64,000 nt of DNA. It comes from a virus. A program made the position numbers and the translations under genes. The stretch spans positions 1 to 64,000 of the IMG/VR virus record IMGVR_UViG_3300021957_004671, one strand, 5' to 3'. Numbering within the stretch: the first letter of the stretch is position 1; each line of letters starts with the position of its first letter. Positions 36,723-46,490 of this stretch are shown piece after piece. Below the pieces are notes generated by a model. It searched no databases, was not told the origin of the DNA, and was given only the letters and a program-made list of their open reading frames with translations.

Positions 36723-38234
36723 ATGCAAGAAGGTAAAAAACCAGGATTGTGGGATAATATCCATGCTAAGCGTAAGCGAATTAAATCCGGATCAGGAGAA
36801 AGTATGCGTAAGCCAGGATCAAAGGGTGCACCAAGTAAGCAAGACTTTAAAGACGCTTCAGAGAGTACTGTAGAGTACGGTAAGTCACAAGAGAAGATTA
36901 GAGATAGGCAGAAGAATGATAACATTAGTTCTTCCGATAAATCTAAACTTAAGAAGCTTTCTGATATGATGAAGAACGCCAATAAAGTTAACGAGGCTAT
37001 CCAAGCTAGTGATTATAATACTGGTCATGAGAAGTCAGCTAAAGGTTATAGACCAAAGGTTACTCATAAAGAAAAAGGTACTGCTATGTATCTTGGTAGT
37101 ACTAGCTATAAGACAAAAGATCATGCAAAAGGTCATGCTGATGCATATCTAAAAGGTTATGCCAAACGAGGCCCAAACCATGCAGATGATATGGCACATT
37201 CTTATAAGAAGTCTAATAGTGACCATATTAATGAGGATGTTAAAGAAGGTGCATTTAGCAGAATGGATGCTCAACGTAAAGAACGTGAACGTCTTGGCAA
37301 AAATAAAGTAAAAGGGTCTGGCTTAGATACTTATAAAAAGAAAACTAGTGAGCCGAAACGTTCTCTATCTCGTATGGAAGACTTAGAGAAAGATGGACCT
37401 AAGCGATCCTATCAGTTTAGAGTTCCAACATCTAAGGCTGCAATGGATTATAGCGCCAAAAAAGCTGCTGTACGTAAAGCAATGAACCAGAAAAATGACC
37501 CGGGCGCAGCTAAAAAAGGTTATGCTCTTTCAGTAACAGATAAAGCAAAAGCTGCTAAGAAGAGGAGAGAGCATATGGCTAAGAATGAATCTACCACATA
37601 TAATGTAAATGTTGCAGGTGAAGGTGGTACTCGAGTAAAAGCTAAAACTCCTAAGCATGCTGCATCTAAAGCATTTAAGAATATGGGTATTGCTCAAAGA
37701 CATCGCTCAAACATTAAGCACACTGTTACTCCTCATAAAGAAGAAGTACAAGTTGACGAGTATATCACAGGTAAGCAGATTCGAATGGCTAAAGGTATTG
37801 CTAATGATCCTCGTCATAAAGGTGGCGATCATACAGGCGCATCTAAGAAGATGGAGAAGATTAAAAAAGGTCTTTCAAATCATCCTGCTGTAGCTAAAGC
37901 ACTTAAGAAGGCTAATGAAGAAAAAGAATCAATCTTATCATTCATGGAAGTAGCAGGCCAGAGAGGTCGCCCTAAGAAGGGTGAAATGGCTCAATCTGAT
38001 CAGCATATTATTATGCAATTAAGATCAGCACAAGATATGCATCGTATGGGCGGTGATAAGCATATTACGTTCAGCGGAGGCCAAAAAGCTAAAGTTAAAC
38101 CACATCATGTGAATGCTATTTTGCAGGCACATGATAAATTAAACCCTATGGCTAAACGTAAGTTGAGAGCTGCTATTGGTCGTAATCCACAAGGATTGAC
38201 TAAAGTAGGTACTATGCTTACTAAGAAACGATAA
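36723..38234 (+). CDS. Modular basic late protein, probable processed internal head protein
   Basis: Lys/Arg-rich modules (GLWDNIHAKRKR...) bounded by VNE, INE, VKE, VDE, FME. Confidence 0.7.
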   Translation: MQEGKKPGLWDNIHAKRKRIKSGSGESMRKPGSKGAPSKQDFKDASESTVEYGKSQEKIRDRQKNDNISSSDKSKLKKLSDMMKNANKVNEAIQASDYNTGHEKSAKGYRPKVTHKEKGTAMYLGSTSYKTKDHAKGHADAYLKGYAKRGPNHADDMAHSYKKSNSDHINEDVKEGAFSRMDAQRKERERLGKNKVKGSGLDTYKKKTSEPKRSLSRMEDLEKDGPKRSYQFRVPTSKAAMDYSAKKAAVRKAMNQKNDPGAAKKGYALSVTDKAKAAKKRREHMAKNESTTYNVNVAGEGGTRVKAKTPKHAASKAFKNMGIAQRHRSNIKHTVTPHKEEVQVDEYITGKQIRMAKGIANDPRHKGGDHTGASKKMEKIKKGLSNHPAVAKALKKANEEKESILSFMEVAGQRGRPKKGEMAQSDQHIIMQLRSAQDMHRMGGDKHITFSGGQKAKVKPHHVNAILQAHDKLNPMAKRKLRAAIGRNPQGLTKVGTMLTKKR

Positions 38235-38259
38235 ATAAAGATACATTAAGGAGATTAAA

Positions 38260-38571
38260 ATGGCTTTATATGGAAAAAGAGACCAACTCTCAGACGCACC
38301 TAAGTTTGTTGTGAGAGCTGATACTGGTGAAACCGGTAAAGAACAATTCGGTAACACTGTATTTGGTGTAGATGCTACCGAAGTAGGTGTTAAGCAAGAA
38401 GCAACTCATTCGGGTTGGGTTCGAGTAACTACTGGTACTGGCGGACGTTCTGGTCGTAAGCAGTATGAAGTATTGGTTGCTGGCGGAATTGAAGGCGATG
38501 CTACTGACTTTGTTGGTGGTGCAGCTAATTCAACTGGTACAGCTGACGATTCGTCTTTCGCTGACGCGTAA
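38260..38571 (+). CDS. Probable virion structural protein
   Basis: ATAAATA late box 38231-38237, AAGGAG SD; VFGVDATE, HSGWV, GGRSGRKQYEVLVA. Confidence 0.7.
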   Translation: MALYGKRDQLSDAPKFVVRADTGETGKEQFGNTVFGVDATEVGVKQEATHSGWVRVTTGTGGRSGRKQYEVLVAGGIEGDATDFVGGAANSTGTADDSSFADA

Positions 38572-38589
38572 ATTAAAGAGTAATATAAT

Positions 38590-38968
38590 ATGGCTAAAAA
38601 ACTAACTGAGTTAAATGCAGTTTCTGAAGTAGCCTGGTGATGTCTTTATGATTGTCACTGATGTGAGTGATTCATCTTTAATTGAGACGAAAAAGATTAC
38701 TGCTAATAGTCTTGCTAATACGTTATATACAATATCTAATGGGAATAATATCACTGCTAATATTGTCGGTGGTACTATTTCCATTGGTGTTAATGATATA
38801 CCGTCAGTTCGCAGACTTAATTTTAGAACAGCTCTTACACCTGCAAATGGTACCTTTATTTCAAATAATGTAACTATGGTGCAAGGAGATGCTTTCTATG
38901 ATGAAGGATATTTGTACGTAGTTACTAGTAATACTGAAATTAAGAGGGTTGTGCTAGGGTCTTTCTAG
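38590..38968 (+). pseudogene. Tail/baseplate-type structural gene interrupted by a frameshift near 38632-38635
   Basis: ATG 38590 gives MAKKLTELNAVSEVAW*; another frame continues PGDVFMIVTDVSD...TKKIT, which together make the KxTEL...D..IV...TKKIT fibre N-terminal motif. Confidence 0.6.
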
Positions 38969-39001
38969 TTGCATAAATATATGTGATTAGAAGGATATAT
39001 T

Positions 39002-39406
39002 ATGATCGATAAATTAGATAGCTCAAATGCTTTATTATACGCAGCAAAACACTATGACAATCCTAGTTGTATGGATGTTGTAGAGTTTTATGACGATCTC
39101 AAACGATTCAAATACATAAAAAGACTGCTTAATAAGTATAGAGATTCAAGACAGCTTAAAATTAGGCTAGTAATGAATCATATTATTTTGCTCTACAATT
39201 TATTTGGACAAGAGGCCGCAACAAGACTTCTCTTTCTCAAGCTGGAAGGATATTACTCAGAGCTTATACCGTTCTTAGAATATCTAAATAGAGTACCTGA
39301 GGTAGTTCATCAGATTGGATTACCGCCAAAAGATATTCATACTGCACACATCAAGCCTGATATCAGGCTGTTTGAGCTTATAAAGGAGACTGTTGATGGC
39401 AAATGA
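39002..39406 (+). CDS. Conserved T4-like hypothetical protein
   Basis: YAAKHYDNP, EFYDDLKRFKYIKRLL, RLVMNHII; late box ATAAATA 38973-38979. Confidence 0.8.
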   Translation: MIDKLDSSNALLYAAKHYDNPSCMDVVEFYDDLKRFKYIKRLLNKYRDSRQLKIRLVMNHIILLYNLFGQEAATRLLFLKLEGYYSELIPFLEYLNRVPEVVHQIGLPPKDIHTAHIKPDIRLFELIKETVDGK

Positions 39407-39887
39407 TGTAGTTAGCTTATATGCCACATATAAGTTTCTTAAACGGCTCGTAACGCCTTTCGATCAATGGGAAGCATACCGTTTAGGTATAATTGACGAA
39501 AGAGGCGATATTAAGATCAAAGCCAGAGATCGAAATACTCTTGAGTTAAAAAGAGGCCTTCCTAAATTTGATCTCCTTGTATTAAAAATTAAAAGACTCA
39601 TGGAAAAAGTTCCAGGAGGACGTAGTCGTATAGCCTCATACGCTGCTGCTCTTTATCTCATTAAAGAAGACGTTAGTAACTACTCTGCTACTGAACTTGA
39701 ATCATTAGATATTGATAATGATATACTTAAGTTAATGGAAGATATTGCTAATACTACTGGCTCAGATGTTGCTGGTACAGGTGACGATAAAGTACATTGG
39801 TATAAGAAGAAGAAACGTAAAGGCTATAAAGAACGTAATAAGCTTGAATCACCTGAAGTGAATAAAGCATTTGAGGAATTTGTATAA
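39393..39887 (+). CDS. Conserved T4-like hypothetical protein (gp61.1-like)
   Basis: YKFLKRLVTPFDQWEAYRLGIIDERG, SYAAALYLIKE. Confidence 0.7.
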   Translation: MMANDVVSLYATYKFLKRLVTPFDQWEAYRLGIIDERGDIKIKARDRNTLELKRGLPKFDLLVLKIKRLMEKVPGGRSRIASYAAALYLIKEDVSNYSATELESLDIDNDILKLMEDIANTTGSDVAGTGDDKVHWYKKKKRKGYKERNKLESPEVNKAFEEFV

Positions 39888-40273
39888 TGTTGGGTGGAGT
39901 ATTAAGTAAAGTATTAGCTGGTGTAGTTTTAGTTATGGGAATCGGTATGATGTTTCTCTATAATAAAAACCAATCATTAATGGCTGAAAAGGTCGCATTG
40001 GATGTTGCTTTTCAAGAGCAAGTACAGACTATTAATTCATTACAGCAAAACTTTCAGTTGCAAACTGCAGCCCTTACTGACATGCAAAAGAAAAATAATG
40101 AAATTATGGGAGATATGAATCGTTATCTTGATATCTTTAAACGCCATAATCTAACCAAGCTCGCTGCTGCTAAGCCTGGTTTAATTGAACCAAGAATTAA
40201 TGCAGCAACAAAGGAAGTGTTTGATGGTATTGAAGAAGACAGCCGTATTATTAGCAGCCTCGCTAGCAATTAG
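39887..40273 (+). CDS. Inner-membrane spanin (Rz-like)
   Basis: Single N-terminal TM, coiled coil, AAAKPGLIEPRIN; overlaps a downstream lipoprotein gene. Confidence 0.75.
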   Translation: MLGGVLSKVLAGVVLVMGIGMMFLYNKNQSLMAEKVALDVAFQEQVQTINSLQQNFQLQTAALTDMQKKNNEIMGDMNRYLDIFKRHNLTKLAAAKPGLIEPRINAATKEVFDGIEEDSRIISSLASN

Positions 40274-40622
40274 TGGTTGTTCAGTTTTTGGTCCAAAAAG
40301 GGTTGAGGTTATTACCAAGCCTGTTGAGATTGAGATTGTACAACCTACATTACCTAGAGCACTAGACTTGAAAGAACCATATTGGTATGTAGTAAGTGAA
40401 GCGAACCTCGAGGAATTCCTAGCTAAAGTACGTAAACAGTCAGGTGAAAATACAGCATTTGTTGCCATGACAGTTGCCGATTATGAGCTTATGGCTTATA
40501 ATGTACAAGAGATAAGAAGATACGTAAGAGAACTAGGTGAAGTAATTATCTATTATAGAAAAGTAACGACTAAGGATGATAGCGTTGGCAAAGAAGAAGC
40601 GGACACCGCAGGAAATAATTGA
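40224..40622 (+). CDS. Outer-membrane spanin lipoprotein (Rz1-like)
   Basis: Signal peptide with lipobox LAISGC, Pro-containing linker, DYELMAYNVQEIRRY...IIYYR. Confidence 0.75.
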   Translation: MVLKKTAVLLAASLAISGCSVFGPKRVEVITKPVEIEIVQPTLPRALDLKEPYWYVVSEANLEEFLAKVRKQSGENTAFVAMTVADYELMAYNVQEIRRYVRELGEVIIYYRKVTTKDDSVGKEEADTAGNN

Positions 40623-41361
40623 TTTAAATCTCTTCAATGAGATTAGTATTGCAGCATACTTATCTAAGATTGTATATGAAGATAGTGTAGCCAGGCTGCT
40701 ACGTAGAGACGGATACATGGCAGTTAAATTCTGCGATGTAGATGGCGCTCAAGCGGTATGTTGTGTTAAAGATAATGTAGCATACGTAGCATTTAGAGGA
40801 ACTCAGCCAGATAAGCGTAATGATATCGTTGCTGATCTGAAGTTCTGGAAACGAGATAGTAAATTAGGTGGATCAGTTCACTTAGGTTTTCAGACTGAAG
40901 TACTTAAGATTGAAGATGATGTTAGAGCTTGGGCTAAAAAGAATACTATTAAGAAGTATATTATTACAGGCCATTCACTAGGCGGAGCAATGAGCACCAT
41001 CTTTGCTTCTAGACAAAATCCCGAAAAAGTAAATAAAGTTATTACATTTGGTGCGCCAAGAGTAGGCGGTAATGATTTCCGTAAAGCTTTTAATCAACAG
41101 TACGAACATATCAGACTAGTAAACAATAACGATATTGTACCTAGTGTTCCTCCTGCTCCTTTCTATAGACATACTGGTGTCAGTATTTACTATGATCATA
41201 AGGACAACTGCTTTGTTAATCCTTCTAAATCTAAACTAGTTCAGTGCTGGTTATCAGGTTTTTGGAATGCAATGAAAAAAGGTAACTTTGCTGATATGCT
41301 TACAGATCACAATGTGCATAAATACATGTATCTTGTTGAAAACAGTTTAGATGACTTTTAA
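40576..41361 (+). CDS. Class 3 lipase (alpha/beta hydrolase)
   Basis: VAFRGT, VHLGF, ITGHSLGGA, TFGAPRVG, NNNDIVP, distal DH. Confidence 0.92.
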   Translation: MIALAKKKRTPQEIIDLNLFNEISIAAYLSKIVYEDSVARLLRRDGYMAVKFCDVDGAQAVCCVKDNVAYVAFRGTQPDKRNDIVADLKFWKRDSKLGGSVHLGFQTEVLKIEDDVRAWAKKNTIKKYIITGHSLGGAMSTIFASRQNPEKVNKVITFGAPRVGGNDFRKAFNQQYEHIRLVNNNDIVPSVPPAPFYRHTGVSIYYDHKDNCFVNPSKSKLVQCWLSGFWNAMKKGNFADMLTDHNVHKYMYLVENSLDDF

Positions 41362-41363
41362 AA

Positions 41364-41516
41364 ATGACTGACATTGATGTACTTAAATTAGAAATTGCGA
41401 CGTTAACAGAACAGCTATACAATGCTTATGGTAAGATAAAGAAATTACAGGAAGAAGTAAACTCGTATGGCGACTCAAAACGAAAAAATGCAGGAAATGC
41501 AGACCAGGCTGACTGA
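41364..41516 (+). CDS. Small coiled-coil protein (50 aa, not in ORF track)
   Basis: MTDIDVLKLEIATLTEQLYNAYGKIKKLQEEV... Confidence 0.45.
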   Translation: MTDIDVLKLEIATLTEQLYNAYGKIKKLQEEVNSYGDSKRKNAGNADQAD

Positions 41517-41883
41517 GTTGTCAGGTGAAGTGCGTTTTAATGAAAATTTACTCTTAAGATCTGAGACAGTACTTCAGGAATTAGTAGAACTTAACGCCGA
41601 GTGCAAGGCTCGTAATGACGTTCAAGATGAGCGTATGTTAAGAATTCTAGAAGAGCTTAAACACAATCATAACGATATTGATGAGCTCAAAAAAAATCAT
41701 AACGTAAGTAATACAGAAATACTCAATAGAATGCAAGGAGCAGAGAAACTTCTACTTGCAAGATTGGATACAATTGAGGAAAGAGTAAACGCGCTTGAGA
41801 AATGGCGTTGGTTTGTTCTTGGTGTTGCAACGTTCGCAGTTTTAGTCATAGAAAATTTCAATATATCTGCACTCTTTAGTTGA
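41467..41883 (+). CDS. Coiled-coil protein with C-terminal TM (XhlA-like)
   Basis: RVNALEKWRWFVLGVATFAVLVI. Confidence 0.7.
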   Translation: MATQNEKMQEMQTRLTELSGEVRFNENLLLRSETVLQELVELNAECKARNDVQDERMLRILEELKHNHNDIDELKKNHNVSNTEILNRMQGAEKLLLARLDTIEERVNALEKWRWFVLGVATFAVLVIENFNISALFS

Positions 41884-41908
41884 CTTATACCAAAATATAG
41901 CCTATAAT
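41880..41908 (+). promoter_or_regulatory. Sigma70-type promoter of primase operon
   Basis: TTGACT-N17-TATAAT. Confidence 0.8.
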
Positions 41909-41935
41909 CATCATGTAGAATGAGGACTATATACT

Positions 41936-42970
41936 ATGAGTTGGCTTGATCAGAAGTACGTTGGATTGATGTCTAATCAATTTGACCTGTTTAAAAAGAA
42001 GGGTGATGCCCTTTATAATCTAAGATGCCCAGAATGCGGCGATTCCCAGAAGAACAAATATAAAGCGCGCGGTTACTTATACTCAAAAAGTAACAAGTGG
42101 TTCTATAAGTGTCATAACTGTGGCTACAGTGTCTCCCTTTCAAATTTCATGAAAAAGCATTCCCCTATACTGTATAAAGAGTATGCATTAGAACGCTTGT
42201 CTGAAGGGGTCTCCAAGGGTACGCTTATGGATTTCACTGATCCTGTAGAAGCTGATGAAGCTATCGATAAGCAAGAACCTGTACGAGGATTATGGCCTCT
42301 CAAGAAGATTAAGAAGATAAGTCAACTGCAGTGGGATCATTCTGCTAAGGTATATATTCAATCTAGAAAGATACCTAATCCTTATCATACTAATCTATAC
42401 TATACTCCTAACTTTGCTGAATGGGTAAATACTATGTTACCTGATAAGCTTAATCCTAAGAATAAAGAGAAGCGTATTATTATTCCTCTCATTAGTAAAG
42501 ATAATAACTTAGTAGGCTTTCAGGGTAGATTAGTTAGAGGTGACGGTCAGAGATATATTACTATCATACTGAATGAGAGAGCGCCTAGAGTATATGGACT
42601 AGATAAGGCTAATCTAGGAAAGCATCTATATTGCTTCGAAGGACCTTTTGATAGTATGTTCATACCTAACTCTATAGCGGTATGTGGATCTGATATGGTA
42701 CAGGGGTTGCAACGCGTAGATGTCGACAGATCTAAGGTTACTCTGGTTTTTGACAATGAAAGACGTAACCCTCAGATAATAAAAAAGATTGAAAATGCGA
42801 TCGATAGCGGCTATAATATATGTCTATGGCCAGGAAATATCGAACAGAAGGACGTTAACGAAATGGTATTGTCAGGGAAGTCTCTGGCCGATATTAAATT
42901 AATCATAGACAGTAATACATATAATGGGCTCTCTGCTAAGATGGCTCTATCAACTTTTAAGAGGATATAA
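41936..42970 (+). CDS. 61: DNA primase gp61
   Basis: Zinc finger RCPECGDS...KCHNC, GFQGR, TOPRIM EGPFDSMF, FDNE, KDVNEM. Confidence 0.96.
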   Translation: MSWLDQKYVGLMSNQFDLFKKKGDALYNLRCPECGDSQKNKYKARGYLYSKSNKWFYKCHNCGYSVSLSNFMKKHSPILYKEYALERLSEGVSKGTLMDFTDPVEADEAIDKQEPVRGLWPLKKIKKISQLQWDHSAKVYIQSRKIPNPYHTNLYYTPNFAEWVNTMLPDKLNPKNKEKRIIIPLISKDNNLVGFQGRLVRGDGQRYITIILNERAPRVYGLDKANLGKHLYCFEGPFDSMFIPNSIAVCGSDMVQGLQRVDVDRSKVTLVFDNERRNPQIIKKIENAIDSGYNICLWPGNIEQKDVNEMVLSGKSLADIKLIIDSNTYNGLSAKMALSTFKRI

Positions 42971-43623
42971 TGACAGCTAAGCTAATAAGCTACTCACAGA
43001 ATGAAAATGGTGACTCACTACTTGATCAGATTGCATATGCAGCAAGAGTGTCTAACCCAAATAACCAGAACAATAAGGATACCGCTGAGAAGCTAGTTCG
43101 CTATCTTATTAAGGAAGGCCATTGGTCACCTCTAGAGATGGTAAGTGCTACTTTGGAGATTGAAACTACTAGAGATATTGCACGTCAGATTCTACGTCAT
43201 AGATCATTCTCGTTTCAAGAGTTTAGTCAACGATATGCTGATCCGACTAAGGACTTGGACTTTGTATATCGCGAAGCAAGATTGCAGGATCCTAAGAACA
43301 GACAGAACTCAGTAGAAGTAGATGATATTGATTTGCAACGAGACTGGGATAGAGCTCAAAGACGCATTGCTCATCTATCTAAAAAAGAGTATGTTTGGGC
43401 TATTAAAAATGGTATTGCTAAAGAACAAGCACGTGCAGTATTGCCAGAAGGTATTATGAGCTCACGTGTCTATATGAACGGAACACTGCGTTCTTGGGTC
43501 CACTATATATCTTTACGGTCTGGAAATGGAACCCAGAAAGAGCATATGGATGTAGCAAGAGAATGTGCTAATGCTCTAAGTCCAGTGTTCCCTATGATAA
43601 ACGAATTTTTGGAAGATGTATAA
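42970..43623 (+). CDS. thyX: Flavin-dependent thymidylate synthase
   Basis: HWSPLEM, RQILRHRSFSFQEFSQRY, AKEQARAVLP, TQKEH. Confidence 0.96.
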   Translation: MTAKLISYSQNENGDSLLDQIAYAARVSNPNNQNNKDTAEKLVRYLIKEGHWSPLEMVSATLEIETTRDIARQILRHRSFSFQEFSQRYADPTKDLDFVYREARLQDPKNRQNSVEVDDIDLQRDWDRAQRRIAHLSKKEYVWAIKNGIAKEQARAVLPEGIMSSRVYMNGTLRSWVHYISLRSGNGTQKEHMDVARECANALSPVFPMINEFLEDV

Positions 43624-44061
43624 ATGGCTTATGAATATAATTGTCGCGTTAGGCGCGTGGTCGACGGCGATACTGTGGACGTTGACATTGATCTTGGTTT
43701 CGATATTATACTTTCTAATCAGCGTATTCGCTTATATGGTATTGACACCCCTGAGTCACGCACGAGGGATAAGACAGAAAAGATATATGGTAAGCTTGCG
43801 ACGAAGTATGTCGAAAATTACCTGGTCAAAGGCAAAAAGGCAGTTCTTAAAACGAGATTAGATAAGACTGGTAAGTTCGGAAGAATACTTGGCGAGTTCA
43901 TTGTATACGATAAGTCAGAAGACAGATATCAAAGCATGAATGAGATGATGATTAGAGACCATATGGCTGTTAGGTACCACGGCCAATCAAAAGAAGCGGT
44001 ACAATTAGAGCATATTGAGAATAGAATTTTATTAGGATCCCCACATGAAACAGACGGTTGA
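43624..44061 (+). CDS. Thermonuclease (SNase-like)
   Basis: RVVDGDTVD, RIRLYGIDTPE, GKFGRILG. Confidence 0.9.
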   Translation: MAYEYNCRVRRVVDGDTVDVDIDLGFDIILSNQRIRLYGIDTPESRTRDKTEKIYGKLATKYVENYLVKGKKAVLKTRLDKTGKFGRILGEFIVYDKSEDRYQSMNEMMIRDHMAVRYHGQSKEAVQLEHIENRILLGSPHETDG

Positions 44062-44194
44062 ACAACGTGACGAAATTATTGCAAGAGCAGTAGAGCAAGC
44101 AAGACAGAATGTACTTAAATTAAACGCAGGACCAATGAAGCATACCCTAGCTAAAAGAGCACGGCTGGAGAAGAAACTTTCTAAGAGAAGATAG
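44045..44194 (+). CDS. Small basic hypothetical protein (49 aa, not in ORF track)
   Basis: MKQTVEQRDEIIARAVEQARQ...KKLSKRR fills the gap before nrdA; AGGA SD. Confidence 0.5.
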   Translation: MKQTVEQRDEIIARAVEQARQNVLKLNAGPMKHTLAKRARLEKKLSKRR

Positions 44195-44197
44195 ATT

Positions 44198-46486
44198 ATG
44201 GATTATACAATAACAGTAGGTAAGCGGGACGGCTCGAAAGAAAGTCTCGATCTAGAAAAATTTCATAAAGTAGTACAGTTTGCTTGTGAAGGTATTGCAG
44301 GGGTCTCTGAGTCAGAGATCGAGCTTAAATCGCATATTAATTTCTACGATAAGATCACATCTAAAGAGATTCAAGAAACTCTGATTAAAGCTGCTGCTGA
44401 TCTTATCTCTGAAGAAACACCTAACTATCAGATTGTTGCTGGTAGGTTGATCTCTTATGATCTTCGTAAAGAGGTGTTCGGTGATTACGAACCTAAAGAG
44501 CTTATTGAGCATGTTAAGGATGTAGTTGCTGCTGGCTTCTATGATGAGAAGTTACTTGATTGGTATGATAGTCTAGAGTATGCGCAGATGAATAGCTGGA
44601 TTAATCACTCACGTGATGATAATCTAACTTATGCTGCAATGGAGCAGATGCGCGGTAAGTATCTAGTTAAGAATAGAGCAACAGGTAAATTTTATGAGAC
44701 GCCTCAGATTGCTATGATGCTAATTAGTGCGACTCTATTCCATAAGTACGGTGAAGATAGAATGACTTATGTGAAAGACTTCTATGATGCATTGTCTCTA
44801 TTTGATGTATCTTTACCTACACCTGTTATGGCCGGAGTAAGAACTTCGGTACGTCAGTTTAGTTCTTGTGTGCTTATTGAGACTGACGATTCATTAGATT
44901 CTATTTCAGCTACAGCGAGTTCAATTGTTAAATATGTTTCAAAAAGAGCAGGTATTGGTATTGGTGCAGGAAGAATCAGAGCGCTTGGAAGCTCTATCAA
45001 CGGTGGTCATGCTACTCATACTGGTGCTATCCCGTTCTATAAGCATTTCCAGTCTGCTGTCAGATCTTGTAGTCAAGGCGGTGTCCGTGGTGGCGCTGCT
45101 ACTTTGTATTATCCTATTTGGCATTATGAAGTTGAGGATCTTCTTGTACTTAAAAATAATAAAGGCACTTCAGATAATCGAATCAGACACCTAGATTATG
45201 GTGTACAATTTAATAAAGTATTTTATGAGAGGTTACTAAGCAATGATGATATTACACTCTTCTCACCCTCAGATGTACCAGAGTTATGGGACCCGTTCTT
45301 TAGTGACTCCGATAAGTTCCGCGAGCTCTATGAAGCAGCAGAACGAAAGACATCAATCAGAAAGAAGAAAATATCAGCAATCGATCTATTCTCAGCGTTC
45401 ATGCAAGAGAGAAAAGATACTGGACGTATATATCTGATGAATGTAGACCATGCTAATGATCATGGTGCATTTATTAAAGAAGTAGCTCCTATTAGACAAT
45501 CTAATCTATGCTGTGAAATTAACTTACCTACTAAACCGTTATCTAATATTGACGATGAAGAAGGTGAGATTAGTCTTTGTACTCTAGCAGCTATTAACTG
45601 GGGTAATATTAAGAAGCCAGAAGACTTTGCTAAACCAGCTAACTTGCTAGTAAGAGCCTTAGATGAGCTTCTAGATTATCAAGAGTACCCTGTAATTGCA
45701 GCTGAGCTTTCTACTAAGAATAGACGACCATTAGGTATTGGTATTATTAACTTTGCATATTGGATGGCAAAAAATAATATGACTTATTCTGAACCTAATC
45801 TAGAATTGATTGACGAGTATGCTGAAGCATGGTCTTATCACTTAATTAATACTTCTATTGAGCTAGCTGAGACTAAAGGTCCATGCCCTAAAGCACCTGA
45901 GACTCATTACTTCCATGGACGTATGCCTATTGATACATACAAGAAAGAAGTAGATGAACTAGTACCTAATAACCCTAAGATGAATTGGGACAGTCTAAGA
46001 TATAGAGCCAGAGCAAGCGGTATTCGTAACTCTACTCTAATGGCATTAATGCCTTCTGAGACTTCATCGCAGATTAGTAATGCTACTAATGGTATTGAGC
46101 CTCCTAGAGCATTAGTATCAGTTAAGCAATCTAAAGACGGTGTACTAAAGCAGGTTGTACCTCAGTTCCATCACTTAAAGAATAAATATGAACTGCTATG
46201 GGATCAGCAATCACCTGAAGGTTATCTTAAAATTGTTGCAGTACTTCAGAAGTATATTGATCAAGGTATCTCAGTCAATACTTCATATAATCCAGTATTT
46301 TATGAAGACGAGAAGATCCCTATGTCTATTATGCTGCAGCACTTGCTTATGTTCTATAAGTATGGCGGTAAGCAACTCTACTATTTCAATACATATGATG
46401 GTGCTTCAGATGAGCAAGGTGAAGATACTCCTCTAGAAGAGAGTGAAATGGTGGATGGTGAAGAATGTGACGCCTGTACAATATAG
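44198..46486 (+). CDS. nrdA: Ribonucleotide reductase class Ia alpha subunit
   Basis: ATP cone, PTPVMAG, FSSCVLI, SQGGVRGG, SNLCCEI, MPSETSS, LYYFNT, C-terminal CDAC. Confidence 0.98.
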   Translation: MDYTITVGKRDGSKESLDLEKFHKVVQFACEGIAGVSESEIELKSHINFYDKITSKEIQETLIKAAADLISEETPNYQIVAGRLISYDLRKEVFGDYEPKELIEHVKDVVAAGFYDEKLLDWYDSLEYAQMNSWINHSRDDNLTYAAMEQMRGKYLVKNRATGKFYETPQIAMMLISATLFHKYGEDRMTYVKDFYDALSLFDVSLPTPVMAGVRTSVRQFSSCVLIETDDSLDSISATASSIVKYVSKRAGIGIGAGRIRALGSSINGGHATHTGAIPFYKHFQSAVRSCSQGGVRGGAATLYYPIWHYEVEDLLVLKNNKGTSDNRIRHLDYGVQFNKVFYERLLSNDDITLFSPSDVPELWDPFFSDSDKFRELYEAAERKTSIRKKKISAIDLFSAFMQERKDTGRIYLMNVDHANDHGAFIKEVAPIRQSNLCCEINLPTKPLSNIDDEEGEISLCTLAAINWGNIKKPEDFAKPANLLVRALDELLDYQEYPVIAAELSTKNRRPLGIGIINFAYWMAKNNMTYSEPNLELIDEYAEAWSYHLINTSIELAETKGPCPKAPETHYFHGRMPIDTYKKEVDELVPNNPKMNWDSLRYRARASGIRNSTLMALMPSETSSQISNATNGIEPPRALVSVKQSKDGVLKQVVPQFHHLKNKYELLWDQQSPEGYLKIVAVLQKYIDQGISVNTSYNPVFYEDEKIPMSIMLQHLLMFYKYGGKQLYYFNTYDGASDEQGEDTPLEESEMVDGEECDACTI

Positions 46487-46490
46487 TCAT

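Noticed and set aside
38638..38640. Stop-codon reassignment or TGA readthrough
   Set aside because: The continuation is in another frame, and TAA, TAG and TGA all end genes normally elsewhere
43616..43861. Hydrophobic 81-aa ORF as a possible holin
   Set aside because: Alternate-frame shadow of the well-supported thermonuclease gene, with no independent support
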